The notes: generated from the letters alone by a model not told the origin. 64,000 nucleotides of DNA from Fibrobacteria bacterium (GCA_041746255.1 JBGTHM010000102.1:28758-92757), one strand, 5' to 3'. Positions 9,653-18,330 are shown, counted from the stretch's first letter. Program-made: numbers and translations.

Positions 9653-10150
9653 ATGGACTCGGAAAAGCTGAAAAACCTGTACCGCCGGTATGGCCCGCTT
9701 GTGCTGCGGCGCTGCGGTCGACTATTGGGTAATTCCACCGAAGCCGAGGACGCCATGCAGGAGGTTTTCATGCAGATTCTAAGGAATCCCGCGCTGATCG
9801 ATGCCGAGTTTCCCTCCAGCCTTTTGTACAAGATCGCCACGAACACCTGTCTGAACCGTCTGCGAGGGCGTTCGCGTCGGGCCGAGACGCGCGAGGATGC
9901 CGCCTTGCTCGCCATCGCCTCGGAGGAGGACGTGGAGGCGCGCTCGGCTGCCGGGCGTTTGCTCGACCGGTTGTTTGGACGCCACCCCGAATCCACCCGC
10001 GTCATGGCCGTACTGCACTTCTTGGACGGTCTCACGCTTGAAGAAGTGGCGCGCGAGACCTCGCTCTCCGTATCCGGTGTTCGCAAGCGCCTTCGCGCGC
10101 TGAAGGATAGCTCCCTTAAACTCGGCGACACGGAGGTTGTCCATGGCTGA
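9653..10150 (+). CDS. ECF-subfamily RNA polymerase sigma-70 factor
   Basis: 165 aa with sigma-70 region 2 (LYRRYGPLVLRRCGRLLGNSTEAEDAMQEVF) and region 4 HTH (LDGLTLEEVARETSLSVSGVRKRL). Its end overlaps the next gene by 14 nt. Confidence 0.85.
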   Translation: MDSEKLKNLYRRYGPLVLRRCGRLLGNSTEAEDAMQEVFMQILRNPALIDAEFPSSLLYKIATNTCLNRLRGRSRRAETREDAALLAIASEEDVEARSAAGRLLDRLFGRHPESTRVMAVLHFLDGLTLEEVARETSLSVSGVRKRLRALKDSSLKLGDTEVVHG

Positions 10151-11006
10151 GCCCATTTTACCGGGATCCTCGGAACCCGTTTCCGACCTGCTTTTGGAGC
10201 GTTACGCGCTCGGCGAGTTGCCGCTCGATCTGAAACGGCGAGTTGAGGCGCGACTGGACGTGGATCCTGCGCTAAGCGCCCGCCTCGACTCTTTGCGCGC
10301 CTCCGACGAAACGTTGCTGAAGCAATATCCTCCCGAAGTCGTCGTGCCAAGCCTTAGAAACCTACTCCGACGCGAGCGGGTGGAAATGAATAACCGTAAC
10401 GCGCATACGGGACGGAGCTCGGCCTATTTTCTGGCAAAGCCTGTCTTCGCGGCCGCGCTTGTGTTAGCGGCGGTGTCCATCCCCCTGTGGCAGTTCGGGC
10501 GATCGGTGCTTCCACCTTTGGTGGATGAAGGCCTAGTCGCTGTTATTTCCGTCCCGGAACCTTCCGTAATTGCGCCGGAACCCACGAAAGAGGGCACACG
10601 AATCAAAGGACTGGATCCCGCCATCGCGCTGTTCCGACGCACGGATCAGGGCGCCGAGGCCCTCAAGCCTGGCGCGACGGTGCGTCCTGGCGATGTGCTC
10701 CGGGTCGGCTATCGCTCCGGCGGTTTTCCATTCGGCGCCATCTTTTCGGTGGACGGAAACGGTAGCGTTACCCGCCATTGGCCGCTTGCGGGCGACGGTG
10801 GGGGCCGCCTCGAGGCCGGAGAGCAACTGCTCCCCGGCGCGTTCATGCTGGATGCGGCCCCGGATTATGAACGATTTTTCCTGTTGGTTTCGGAAGAACC
10901 ATTCAATCTGAATCCCGAGCTGGAGGCGCTGCTTGCCGGTAATCCACCCAGGACACGCGGGCTCCAAACAATACGCTTCGAACTCCTGAAGGACAATGGA
11001 ATATGA
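10137..11006 (+). CDS. Membrane-spanning anti-sigma factor with a periplasmic DUF4384-like domain
   Basis: Translationally coupled to the ECF sigma gene. An N-terminal anti-sigma-like helix (LLERYALGELPLDLKRRVEARL) is followed by one TM segment (FAAALVLAAVSIPLW) and a C-terminal beta-rich domain (GDVLRVGYRSGGFPFGAIFSVDGNGSVTRHWP...FFLLVSEEPF). That domain recalls DUF4384, a domain I remember as often found with caspase domains. Confidence 0.6.
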   Translation: MSMAEPILPGSSEPVSDLLLERYALGELPLDLKRRVEARLDVDPALSARLDSLRASDETLLKQYPPEVVVPSLRNLLRRERVEMNNRNAHTGRSSAYFLAKPVFAAALVLAAVSIPLWQFGRSVLPPLVDEGLVAVISVPEPSVIAPEPTKEGTRIKGLDPAIALFRRTDQGAEALKPGATVRPGDVLRVGYRSGGFPFGAIFSVDGNGSVTRHWPLAGDGGGRLEAGEQLLPGAFMLDAAPDYERFFLLVSEEPFNLNPELEALLAGNPPRTRGLQTIRFELLKDNGI

Positions 11007-13399
11007 AAACCCCTCTCGCTCTCATACTGACGGCATCGCTCTGCCTGGCCCAAATTACTCATGCCGCGGCATCGGATGGCGCGACGCGCCGATTCGCGCT
11101 GGTAATCGGCGCGCACGAAGGCGGTAAGGGGCGCGACCGGCTCCTGTACTCCGGTTCGGATGCACGAGCCTTCCAGAATACGCTGCAGGAACTGGGCGGC
11201 CTGAGCTCGGTTGACGCGAATCTTTTGATTGATCCGGATAGCGCAGGCCTGCAGCGAGCCTTCGAAAAACTCGCGGCCCGGGTTCAGGTTGCGAGACGGG
11301 ACGGCGCGCGCACCGAGGCGGTCGTATACTACTCCGGCCATGCCGACGAGAACGGTTTGCAACTTGGCAAGGAGCGGTTCGACTATCGAGCCTTCCGGGA
11401 GCGGATGAACGCCCTCGGTGCGGATGTGCGCATCGCGGTAGTCGACGCCTGCGCGTCCGGAGCTCTCACCCGTATGAAGGGTGGCACGCCTGTGCAAGCT
11501 TTCATGGTGGACCGATCCGCGCGTGCCGAAGGTTACGCTTTCCTTACTTCCAGTTCCGAGAGCGAGGTGGCGCAGGAGAGCGATCGGCTGCGGGGATCCT
11601 TCTTCACTCATGCGCTCACCACGGGCCTTCGCGGCGCGGCCGACGCGACGCGGGACGGGCGCGTGACTTTGCACGAGGCCTATCAGTTCGCCTACCACGA
11701 AACCCTTGCCCGAACGGTGTCAACCCGAGGAGGGCCTCAGCATGCCGCCTACGACATCCAACTTAGTGGTAGCGGTGACGTGGTGCTTACCGATCTGCGT
11801 CAGGCCACGGCTTCACTGGTGCTGGCAGAAGCTTTGCACGGTCGGCTATTCATCCGGGACAGTCTCGATCATCTTACCGCCGAGTTGAATAAGCCCGCGG
11901 GACGCGAAATGAACTTTGGCCTACCGCCGGGAACCTACGGACTGCGCCTACAGCAGGGCACGAGTTGGAGCGGAGCCACGGTAACGTTGCTCGAAGGTAA
12001 ATCGGCCGTACTTGATCCGTCCTCCTTTCGCCCGGTCGAGAGCGAGCCCACGGCATTTCGCGGGGGGGAAGGCGATAGTGGTCGTGCGTTCCGGCATTTA
12101 CAGGGAACAGGAAATCCCGGATTTTCCGCCTCGTTCCTGTACGACGCGAAGAAAGAGGATTGGTACGGCACTCAGATCGCCCTGCTGGCCACCGATGGGC
12201 GCAAGAATCGCCGCGGCGGGCAGGTCGCGGTCGGGTTCAATTTTACGCGCGGGGATCTTGAGGGTTACCAGGGAGCAGCGGGCTTGAACGTGGTCGGGGG
12301 GGCGCTGCAGGGATTCCAGTTCGCGCAAATCGGAAACTTCACGGCTGAAGACGCACATGGCACGCAGTTCTCCGGGATCTTCGGAGCGACCGGCGGTGGT
12401 CTTAATGGTGTTCAGGTGGCCGGTATCCTTAACCTCGCCGGCGGCGGTGTCGAGGGCTTGCAAGGAGCCGGAATCTTCAACATCTCGGGCGATTCCGTAA
12501 GAGGCTTGCAAATAGGCGGTATCTTCAACATCGCTGCAGAAAGCGTACGCGGTGGACAAGGCGCCGGTATCTTCAATATCGCGGGCGGAAAGATAAAAGG
12601 CGGCCAAGGTGCCGGAATCTTCAACATCACCGCACGCGATATTATCGGAGGTCAGGGCGCCGGAATCTTCAACGTGGCCGGAGGCGACATCACAGGAGGT
12701 CAGGGCGCTGCCATTTTCAATGCGACTGCGGGATCTCTTAGAGGCATTCAAGGCTCGGCCATCTTGAATTTCGCCGGCCGGGTCGAGGGGCTTGCTTCGG
12801 ACAGGGGATCGATGCCGGGTTTCCAAATCACTTCCATTCTAAACGTCGCGGGGAAGGTCAATGGGCACCAAATCGGTTTGGTGAATCTATCGGATGACTA
12901 TCAATCGGGGTTTCCCCTGGGTCTCGTGAATATCAGCCGAAAAGGCGCGTTTCACGGCATAACGTGGGTGGACGAAACCGGCATGGCCTACGCGGGGCTG
13001 CGCACTGGGGTACGATCCGTATATTCCATCCTGGCGGTCGGAACGAATGCATTCGATGACCAGTCCCTGTTCGCTCCTACCTTCGGCATGGGCGCGCGTT
13101 TCTCCTTGGGCAAGTCCTGGTTCCTGGAACCCGACCTGATGTACAGCACGCTTTTCGAGTCGAAGAACTATTCATTCGATGACGCGGAAGTAAACACGGA
13201 GTGGTCGCGCCTAAGATTTGCCGCAGGGTGGGAATTTCTCCCCTACGCTTCCGTATTCTGGGGGGTGGCATACAATGTAGCAGTACACACCCAAACGGAT
13301 GCCCCGGTGACGGGAAGCAATTTTCCTTTTTTCACCTCGGTTTCCCATCACGTCAGCATGTGGCCCGGGGCATTCCTGGGAATTCGTGTCGGAAAGTGA
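11003..13399 (+). CDS. Secreted caspase-family (peptidase C14) protein with 17-aa tandem repeats and a beta-rich C-terminal domain
   Basis: Signal peptide MKTPLALILTASLCLAQITHAAAS. The caspase-like domain carries a His-Cys dyad context (VVYYSGHADENG ... IAVVDACASGALTR). The central region holds about 8 repeats of GGQGAGIFNIAGGxIx. The C-terminal roughly 190 aa alternate hydrophobic and polar residues in the manner of beta-strands. The start overlaps the anti-sigma stop by 4 nt. Confidence 0.72.
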   Translation: MKTPLALILTASLCLAQITHAAASDGATRRFALVIGAHEGGKGRDRLLYSGSDARAFQNTLQELGGLSSVDANLLIDPDSAGLQRAFEKLAARVQVARRDGARTEAVVYYSGHADENGLQLGKERFDYRAFRERMNALGADVRIAVVDACASGALTRMKGGTPVQAFMVDRSARAEGYAFLTSSSESEVAQESDRLRGSFFTHALTTGLRGAADATRDGRVTLHEAYQFAYHETLARTVSTRGGPQHAAYDIQLSGSGDVVLTDLRQATASLVLAEALHGRLFIRDSLDHLTAELNKPAGREMNFGLPPGTYGLRLQQGTSWSGATVTLLEGKSAVLDPSSFRPVESEPTAFRGGEGDSGRAFRHLQGTGNPGFSASFLYDAKKEDWYGTQIALLATDGRKNRRGGQVAVGFNFTRGDLEGYQGAAGLNVVGGALQGFQFAQIGNFTAEDAHGTQFSGIFGATGGGLNGVQVAGILNLAGGGVEGLQGAGIFNISGDSVRGLQIGGIFNIAAESVRGGQGAGIFNIAGGKIKGGQGAGIFNITARDIIGGQGAGIFNVAGGDITGGQGAAIFNATAGSLRGIQGSAILNFAGRVEGLASDRGSMPGFQITSILNVAGKVNGHQIGLVNLSDDYQSGFPLGLVNISRKGAFHGITWVDETGMAYAGLRTGVRSVYSILAVGTNAFDDQSLFAPTFGMGARFSLGKSWFLEPDLMYSTLFESKNYSFDDAEVNTEWSRLRFAAGWEFLPYASVFWGVAYNVAVHTQTDAPVTGSNFPFFTSVSHHVSMWPGAFLGIRVGK
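12405..12795 (+). repeat. Coding tandem repeat of about 8 units at 48-51 bp period, encoding the GxQGAGIFNIAGG motif
   Basis: The ggaatcttcaacatc / ggtatcttcaa(t/c)atcgc cores recur at about 12474, 12521, 12569, 12620, 12668, 12716 and 12764. The antisense ORFs (MLKIPAP repeats) reflect the same periodicity. Confidence 0.8.
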
Positions 13400-13550
13400 T
13401 TTTGAGATTGGCCGGAACATCGCGTAAGGGCTACGTCGGGCGAGAACCCATACCGGTACGCACCGCACGGTGTGATTGAGACCACAATTCAAGCAAGCGA
13501 TAATTATTCATTTTTCCTCCGACCGCCTCCAGGCGGGTGGAGGAATAAAA

Positions 13551-15119
13551 ATGATCAGACCCTTGCTTTTTTCCGGCGTAGGGTTACTCCTGTACGGATC
13601 GGTTCATGCTGAACTGCTGCTTTCCGAGGTTATGGCCGATCCGGCAGCGGTACCCGACGCCTCGGGAGAGTATCTCGAGCTGGGAAACTCCGGTGATAAG
13701 GAATTGTTCCTCCGGAAATTGTCTATTGCGGTGGACGGCGATACCCTGGTTTTCCCCGATGTGAAATTGTCGGCCGGAGGGGTGGCATTGCTATGCCGCG
13801 ATTCCCTTCCCGAACGGAACGGAGGCATGGCCTGCGACAGGAAGGCCGAGCGGCTTAGGCTCGCTAACGGTAGGCCAATCGCCATTGTACTTCGCCATGA
13901 CGAGGGCGACGTAACCTATGAGATTCCCGCTGCAAGATCCGGTCAAAGCTGGGAGAATACCTGGGACGAAAAATCCGGATATTCCCGATTCGCCCTTGCA
14001 AACGGAATCCATGCCGGTGGCGACAAGGGGTCTCCTGGCCATTCCAACAGCGTGAGTGTCGTACCTCCGCTTTTTGATTTGGCGCTGACGGAAATCACTT
14101 TCCGGAAAGAAACGCGCGAGGCGCGACTACGCATCGAGAATCGGGGGCGCCTGCTTCCGGATTCCGCATCCGTCTCCCTGATTTCCAACCGAATTTTGAA
14201 CGGCATTCCCCATGCCGTCCTTAAAACCCGGTCGTTGGACATCTCTTCCTGCCGACAGGAATGCACGGTTCCATTCCTTTTCGAATCGGGAGGGCCTCCC
14301 GTGGTTAACTTCGCCTTATCGGGGGATTCCAACCCTCTGAACGATACCCTCCTCTTTGTCCTTCCCGAATATCGGCGGGGAGGATTGCTCCGGCTCACGG
14401 AGGTTTGCGCCGCACCCACCGACGGAGCTCCCGAGTGGGTGGAGATACGCAATGGGTCTTCCTATGCGATTGCCATAGGCGACCTGCGCTTACAAGACCG
14501 GTTGGTTTTGGGCGAAGGGCGCGCGGCGACGCTCAAGCCGGGGGAATACCTGGTCCTGACGGAAGACGAAAAAGCCTTTCGGGAAATCCACGGCGGTTTG
14601 AAATTGCGCCTTGTGCAACCACCCTCGTGGAGAGTACTGCGAAATACGGGGGATACGGTTCGCCTGGCTCTCCCCTCGGGAACATTACTGGATAGCGTGG
14701 CCTACCGGGGGTTTCGTCCATCCGACAATACGGGATGCCTGGAAAGGATGGGTGAGGACCTTGCGCCAGTGCTCGGTGAATCGCATGTGCTGGGATCGAC
14801 TCCCGGTTTCGAGAAAACCCGGGATAAGCCCACTGGATGGAAAATTTCACCGAGAATTTTACGAACGGACGAGGGCGGTCGCATTGATATTCAGGTGACC
14901 GCTTCGCCGCAAAAAGCATATCGCCTGGAGATTTTCGATTTGTCGGGGTATTCCGTGCGCGCCTTTTGCTCACCTTGCACGGGTAGCCGTTCCTTTTCCT
15001 GGAAGGGGGAAGATGAACGGGGAAAATCGCTTCCCGTAGGCCCCTACATAGTCCTGTTCCATCCGCAGGGGGACAACCCCCATAAAAAATCCCTGGTCAT
15101 TTCGAGAAAGTTACGATGA
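13551..15119 (+). CDS. Secreted protein with two lamin-tail-domain (LTD)-like modules and a C-terminal Ig-like sorting tail (T9SS CTD / FlgD-Ig-like)
   Basis: Signal peptide MIRPLLFSGVGLLLYGSVHA follows a ggaggaataaaaATG RBS at 13551. LTD signatures are LLSEVMADP...GEYLELGNSG and LRLTEVCAAPTDGAPEWVEIRNGS. The C-terminus RLEIFDLSGYSVRAF...SFSWKGEDERGKSLPVGPYIVLF...KKSLVISRK follows the T9SS C-terminal domain pattern. Confidence 0.6.
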   Translation: MIRPLLFSGVGLLLYGSVHAELLLSEVMADPAAVPDASGEYLELGNSGDKELFLRKLSIAVDGDTLVFPDVKLSAGGVALLCRDSLPERNGGMACDRKAERLRLANGRPIAIVLRHDEGDVTYEIPAARSGQSWENTWDEKSGYSRFALANGIHAGGDKGSPGHSNSVSVVPPLFDLALTEITFRKETREARLRIENRGRLLPDSASVSLISNRILNGIPHAVLKTRSLDISSCRQECTVPFLFESGGPPVVNFALSGDSNPLNDTLLFVLPEYRRGGLLRLTEVCAAPTDGAPEWVEIRNGSSYAIAIGDLRLQDRLVLGEGRAATLKPGEYLVLTEDEKAFREIHGGLKLRLVQPPSWRVLRNTGDTVRLALPSGTLLDSVAYRGFRPSDNTGCLERMGEDLAPVLGESHVLGSTPGFEKTRDKPTGWKISPRILRTDEGGRIDIQVTASPQKAYRLEIFDLSGYSVRAFCSPCTGSRSFSWKGEDERGKSLPVGPYIVLFHPQGDNPHKKSLVISRKLR

Positions 15120-15997
15120 TGATTTGGCGTCTTGTCTGGGTTTGTATGGGAATGCTCCTTCCCGCGTCCGGTTTTTTCCGGGACGATTTGCAGGGAGGGA
15201 TTTACGGCTCCTCCCTCGGTGCCGGTGGCGGGACGGCCTGGGAACGCATGGCGCATGGGCAGAATCCGGCGGCATCCAAGGAGAGAGGATACGGAGCCTA
15301 CCTTGGCTACCATTCGCCCTTTGGTATGGATGGACTTAATGTGGTGGAAGCCGGACTCCATATCGATGGGCGGCGTTGGGGGACGGCATTGGGGTTTCTC
15401 CAAACCGAGGTCGAGGAATTCTATCGCGAACAAAGCCTGGAAGTCCAATTCTCATGGACCCTCGGGACGCTTTCCTTAGGCGGCATGGGTGTGCTTCGCC
15501 GTGTTCACCTTCCCGAACCGGAAAGCGAGCTAATCGGTGGAGAGGCATGGGGATTATTATGGCGCCCTTTTCCCAAGTTGGTTCTGGGTGGTTTTTGCCG
15601 TAATTTCGCCTCACGAAATATCTGGACGCGTGAACTCAATCCGATTGTACAGGTCGGATTTCGGGTTCAAGATGAGCAGGATGGTTCGCATCCTGGTGGC
15701 AGGGCGATTCGCCCTGCGCTGGCTTTCGACTTGCGCCGGGTCCGAAATTCATATTGGCGTGCGCTAATCGCACACAGTTTGTGCATTGGTCCCGACTTAG
15801 TGCTGACGGCCGGTTTGGCCAACCGGCCTTTTCAATTTTCGGTAGGCGCGGCCATAAGTTGGTCCGGCGCCACGATTTACTATGCGATGCGCACGCATAC
15901 GGCCTTGGGCCGGACGAATTACCCCGGTCTGGCTTTTGTTCGTTCGTTGGAAGAAGGTGGAATTTCCGGAGCGGCCGGAGAAAGGCACGCACCTTGA
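15116..15997 (+). CDS. Hypothetical membrane protein, possibly a PorP/SprF-like T9SS partner
   Basis: The start overlaps the preceding stop (ATGA). The protein is 293 aa with a hydrophobic N-terminus, an NPA-containing segment (HGQNPAASKERGYGAY) and an amphipathic beta-strand-like composition. Its position directly after a CTD-bearing cargo gene matches the usual SprF/PorP arrangement. The assignment is weak. Confidence 0.35.
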   Translation: MMIWRLVWVCMGMLLPASGFFRDDLQGGIYGSSLGAGGGTAWERMAHGQNPAASKERGYGAYLGYHSPFGMDGLNVVEAGLHIDGRRWGTALGFLQTEVEEFYREQSLEVQFSWTLGTLSLGGMGVLRRVHLPEPESELIGGEAWGLLWRPFPKLVLGGFCRNFASRNIWTRELNPIVQVGFRVQDEQDGSHPGGRAIRPALAFDLRRVRNSYWRALIAHSLCIGPDLVLTAGLANRPFQFSVGAAISWSGATIYYAMRTHTALGRTNYPGLAFVRSLEEGGISGAAGERHAP

Positions 15998-16086
15998 CTT
16001 TACCCGCTTTTTTCCCGACAATTACTGCAATCTTAACCTAAAGAGCAAATTCCGTAATTCGGTTCCTTAACGCCGCCTTCCGCTCC

Positions 16087-17313
16087 ATGCGGGTCCGGTT
16101 ACAAGGGTGTAAGGTTGTCATGATTCGCATGCACATGGATGAGGTTAAGGCGGGTATGGTCCTGGCCCGCTCCCTGGTGAAGGAAAACGGAGATTTGTTG
16201 CTGGCCTCGGGCTTCGTCATAACCGAGCGCGTTTTGGCCAAGCTTCGTGAAATCGGCCTTTCGGGGTGCTATGTCTACGAAGAAGGCACGGAATTCGTCA
16301 TTCCCGAAGAAATGATTTCGGAGCAGCTCGCCAATCAAACCCAGGGAATCTTGAAGGATAATGCCGAGGCGCTCAAGACCGCTCTCAAAACCCAGGAAAT
16401 CACCCAGGATAACCTGAAATCCGCGCTCAAGGACAAGTCCCGCTTTAAAAATATCATCGCGGTGGACCGCATGAAGAACGCCGCTCAGGATATTATCAAT
16501 AGCTTGATGGGGAGCGAGCCCGTAATCGTGAATATCAGTTCCATCCGCACCAAAAGCGGCTATGTCTTCCAACATGCGTTAGACGTCGCTGTTACCGCCA
16601 TCATGGTGGGAGTGCGTATCGGTTATTCGGAAAAGGAATTGGAGGAGTTGGCGATGGGTTGTCTGCTCATGGATTTGGGCATGGTCATGATATCGGATAG
16701 CATCGTTTACAAGACCTCGCCCTTGAACGATGCGGAGAAAAACCTGCTGCGCGAGCACACCACTCTAGGATACGCGATTTTGCGGGAGAATCAAAAAATC
16801 GCCTTGACCACGGCGCATGTCGCTTATCAACACCATGAGAGGCAGGACGGAACAGGTTTCCCCCGGGAATTGATCGGGGACAATACCCTTCCCATCAAGC
16901 GAATTTCGGGTGAGAGAAATCGAATGCACCGATATGCGGAAATAGCCGCCGTGGCAGACACTTATGTGAGCCTCCTCTCCCCGCGCCCGGGAACAGGCGT
17001 ATTGCGCACACCGGATGAAGTGATGAAACTTCTCATCCTAGGATCCGGAACCCATCTCAACAAGTCAATCGTGGACGGGTTAATCACCATGATCCCGATT
17101 TTTCCCGTGGGATCGCGCATTGCCGTGGTGGAGGATCGTAAGTTCGGAAAGTTGTTGGGTTGCACCGGAATCGTCACAAAAACCCGCATGGATGCGCCGG
17201 AACAGCCAGAAATCGTCGTTCTTTACGATAAGGAGAAGAATAAAATGACTCCGGTGATAATCGACTTACTCGAAGAGCCGGGAGTAAAAATCCAATTCGC
17301 GAAATTGCGATGA
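16087..17313 (+). CDS. HD-GYP domain c-di-GMP phosphodiesterase-like protein
   Basis: HD motif HALDVAVTAIMVG, HTTLGYAIL and the signature HHERQDGTGFP (GYP variant GFP). Confidence 0.75.
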   Translation: MRVRLQGCKVVMIRMHMDEVKAGMVLARSLVKENGDLLLASGFVITERVLAKLREIGLSGCYVYEEGTEFVIPEEMISEQLANQTQGILKDNAEALKTALKTQEITQDNLKSALKDKSRFKNIIAVDRMKNAAQDIINSLMGSEPVIVNISSIRTKSGYVFQHALDVAVTAIMVGVRIGYSEKELEELAMGCLLMDLGMVMISDSIVYKTSPLNDAEKNLLREHTTLGYAILRENQKIALTTAHVAYQHHERQDGTGFPRELIGDNTLPIKRISGERNRMHRYAEIAAVADTYVSLLSPRPGTGVLRTPDEVMKLLILGSGTHLNKSIVDGLITMIPIFPVGSRIAVVEDRKFGKLLGCTGIVTKTRMDAPEQPEIVVLYDKEKNKMTPVIIDLLEEPGVKIQFAKLR

Positions 17314-17331
17314 AGAGGCAAATGCGTCTAA

Positions 17332-18273
17332 TTGCTATTTTCCAGGAACATGACGGATAATCCCATATCGGCGGACGCGGAGGTGGCTTCGGCGGTAGAG
17401 GCTTATTTGGCTTTTATCAAAAATGAAAGAGGTTACTCCCGGCATACCCAGTCCGCTTACGCAGGCGACTTAGCCAAGCTAACCGCCTGGTTGGAACAAA
17501 CTTCCGTTCCTGGAGGCGCTCACGCCGCCCTGGAGATACTGGACAAGAAATTATTGCAAAGATTCCTGTTGGCTCAGCGCGGCGGCTTTTCCGCGGCTAC
17601 CCAGGAAAGGCTTGTGGCCTGCCTGAAAGGCTTCGGTAAATTTCTGGCATTGCGGTATTCGATGGATAAGAATCCGGCACAGGGCCTGGTTTTCCCACGT
17701 AAGGAAAAAAAATTGGCATCGGTCGCGGGCGAGGGATTTTTGAAGGAGTTGTTGGAGGTGGAAGTCGACGGGTTTACCGCCTTGCGAACCCGGCTGTGTC
17801 TGGAGATGTTTTATGGCTCCGGCTTGCGCCTTAGCGAGTTGGTGAATTTGAAGTGGAACCATATTTCCCGTGATGCCCGCATGGCCCGGGTATTGGGCAA
17901 AGGCAACAAAATGCGCACCGTACCCCTTACCCAATCCGCGCAGGAGGCGCTTGGCGCCTACCGGGCCGAATGCTCCCGACGGGCCTATCCCCGGGATGGA
18001 GCCCTGCTGCTTACGCAAACCGGCAAGCCGCTGGGCGGACGAAGCGTACAAAAGAATATCACGGATCTGCTGCGCACGATGGGCAGACAGGGCAAATCTT
18101 CTCCGCATATTCTCCGCCACTCCTTCGCGACCCACCTTTTGGATCATGGCGCGGATCTCATGGCGGTGAAGGAGATGCTCGGACATTCCTCCCTCTCGAC
18201 CACGCAAAAGTATACGCATGTGTCGGTCGCCAAATTGAAGGAGACCTATGGACGCGCGCATCCCAGGGCCTGA
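17332..18273 (+). CDS. Tyrosine site-specific recombinase, XerC/XerD type
   Basis: N-terminal core-binding domain (ERGYSRHTQSAYAGDLAKLTAWL) and catalytic domain with RTVPLT, LRHSFATHLLDHGADLMAVKEMLGHSSLSTTQKYTHV (R...HxxR...Y). The ATG at 17350 is an alternative start. Confidence 0.8.
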   Translation: MLFSRNMTDNPISADAEVASAVEAYLAFIKNERGYSRHTQSAYAGDLAKLTAWLEQTSVPGGAHAALEILDKKLLQRFLLAQRGGFSAATQERLVACLKGFGKFLALRYSMDKNPAQGLVFPRKEKKLASVAGEGFLKELLEVEVDGFTALRTRLCLEMFYGSGLRLSELVNLKWNHISRDARMARVLGKGNKMRTVPLTQSAQEALGAYRAECSRRAYPRDGALLLTQTGKPLGGRSVQKNITDLLRTMGRQGKSSPHILRHSFATHLLDHGADLMAVKEMLGHSSLSTTQKYTHVSVAKLKETYGRAHPRA

Positions 18274-18330
18274 TTCGCCTTCAGGCGAGTAGACCCACAT
18301 GACTCGCAGCATGGAAAGGCTGACTTAACT

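Noticed and set aside
12405-12795. Possible CRISPR array, given the regular roughly 50-bp repeats
   Set aside because: The repeats are in-frame coding repeats of a single long gene with degenerate units and no unique spacers. No cas genes are nearby and no CRISPR-like arrays appear elsewhere in the window.
12098-12826. 242-aa and 72-aa minus-strand ORFs (MLKIPAP repeats) over the caspase repeat block
   Set aside because: They are antisense reflections of the 48-51 bp tandem coding repeat and are not independent genes.
17332-18273. Integrase of a mobile or integrative element
   Set aside because: The domain organisation and motifs match housekeeping XerC/XerD. There are no flanking direct repeats, tRNA, phage or conjugation genes, so it is treated as a chromosomal recombinase.
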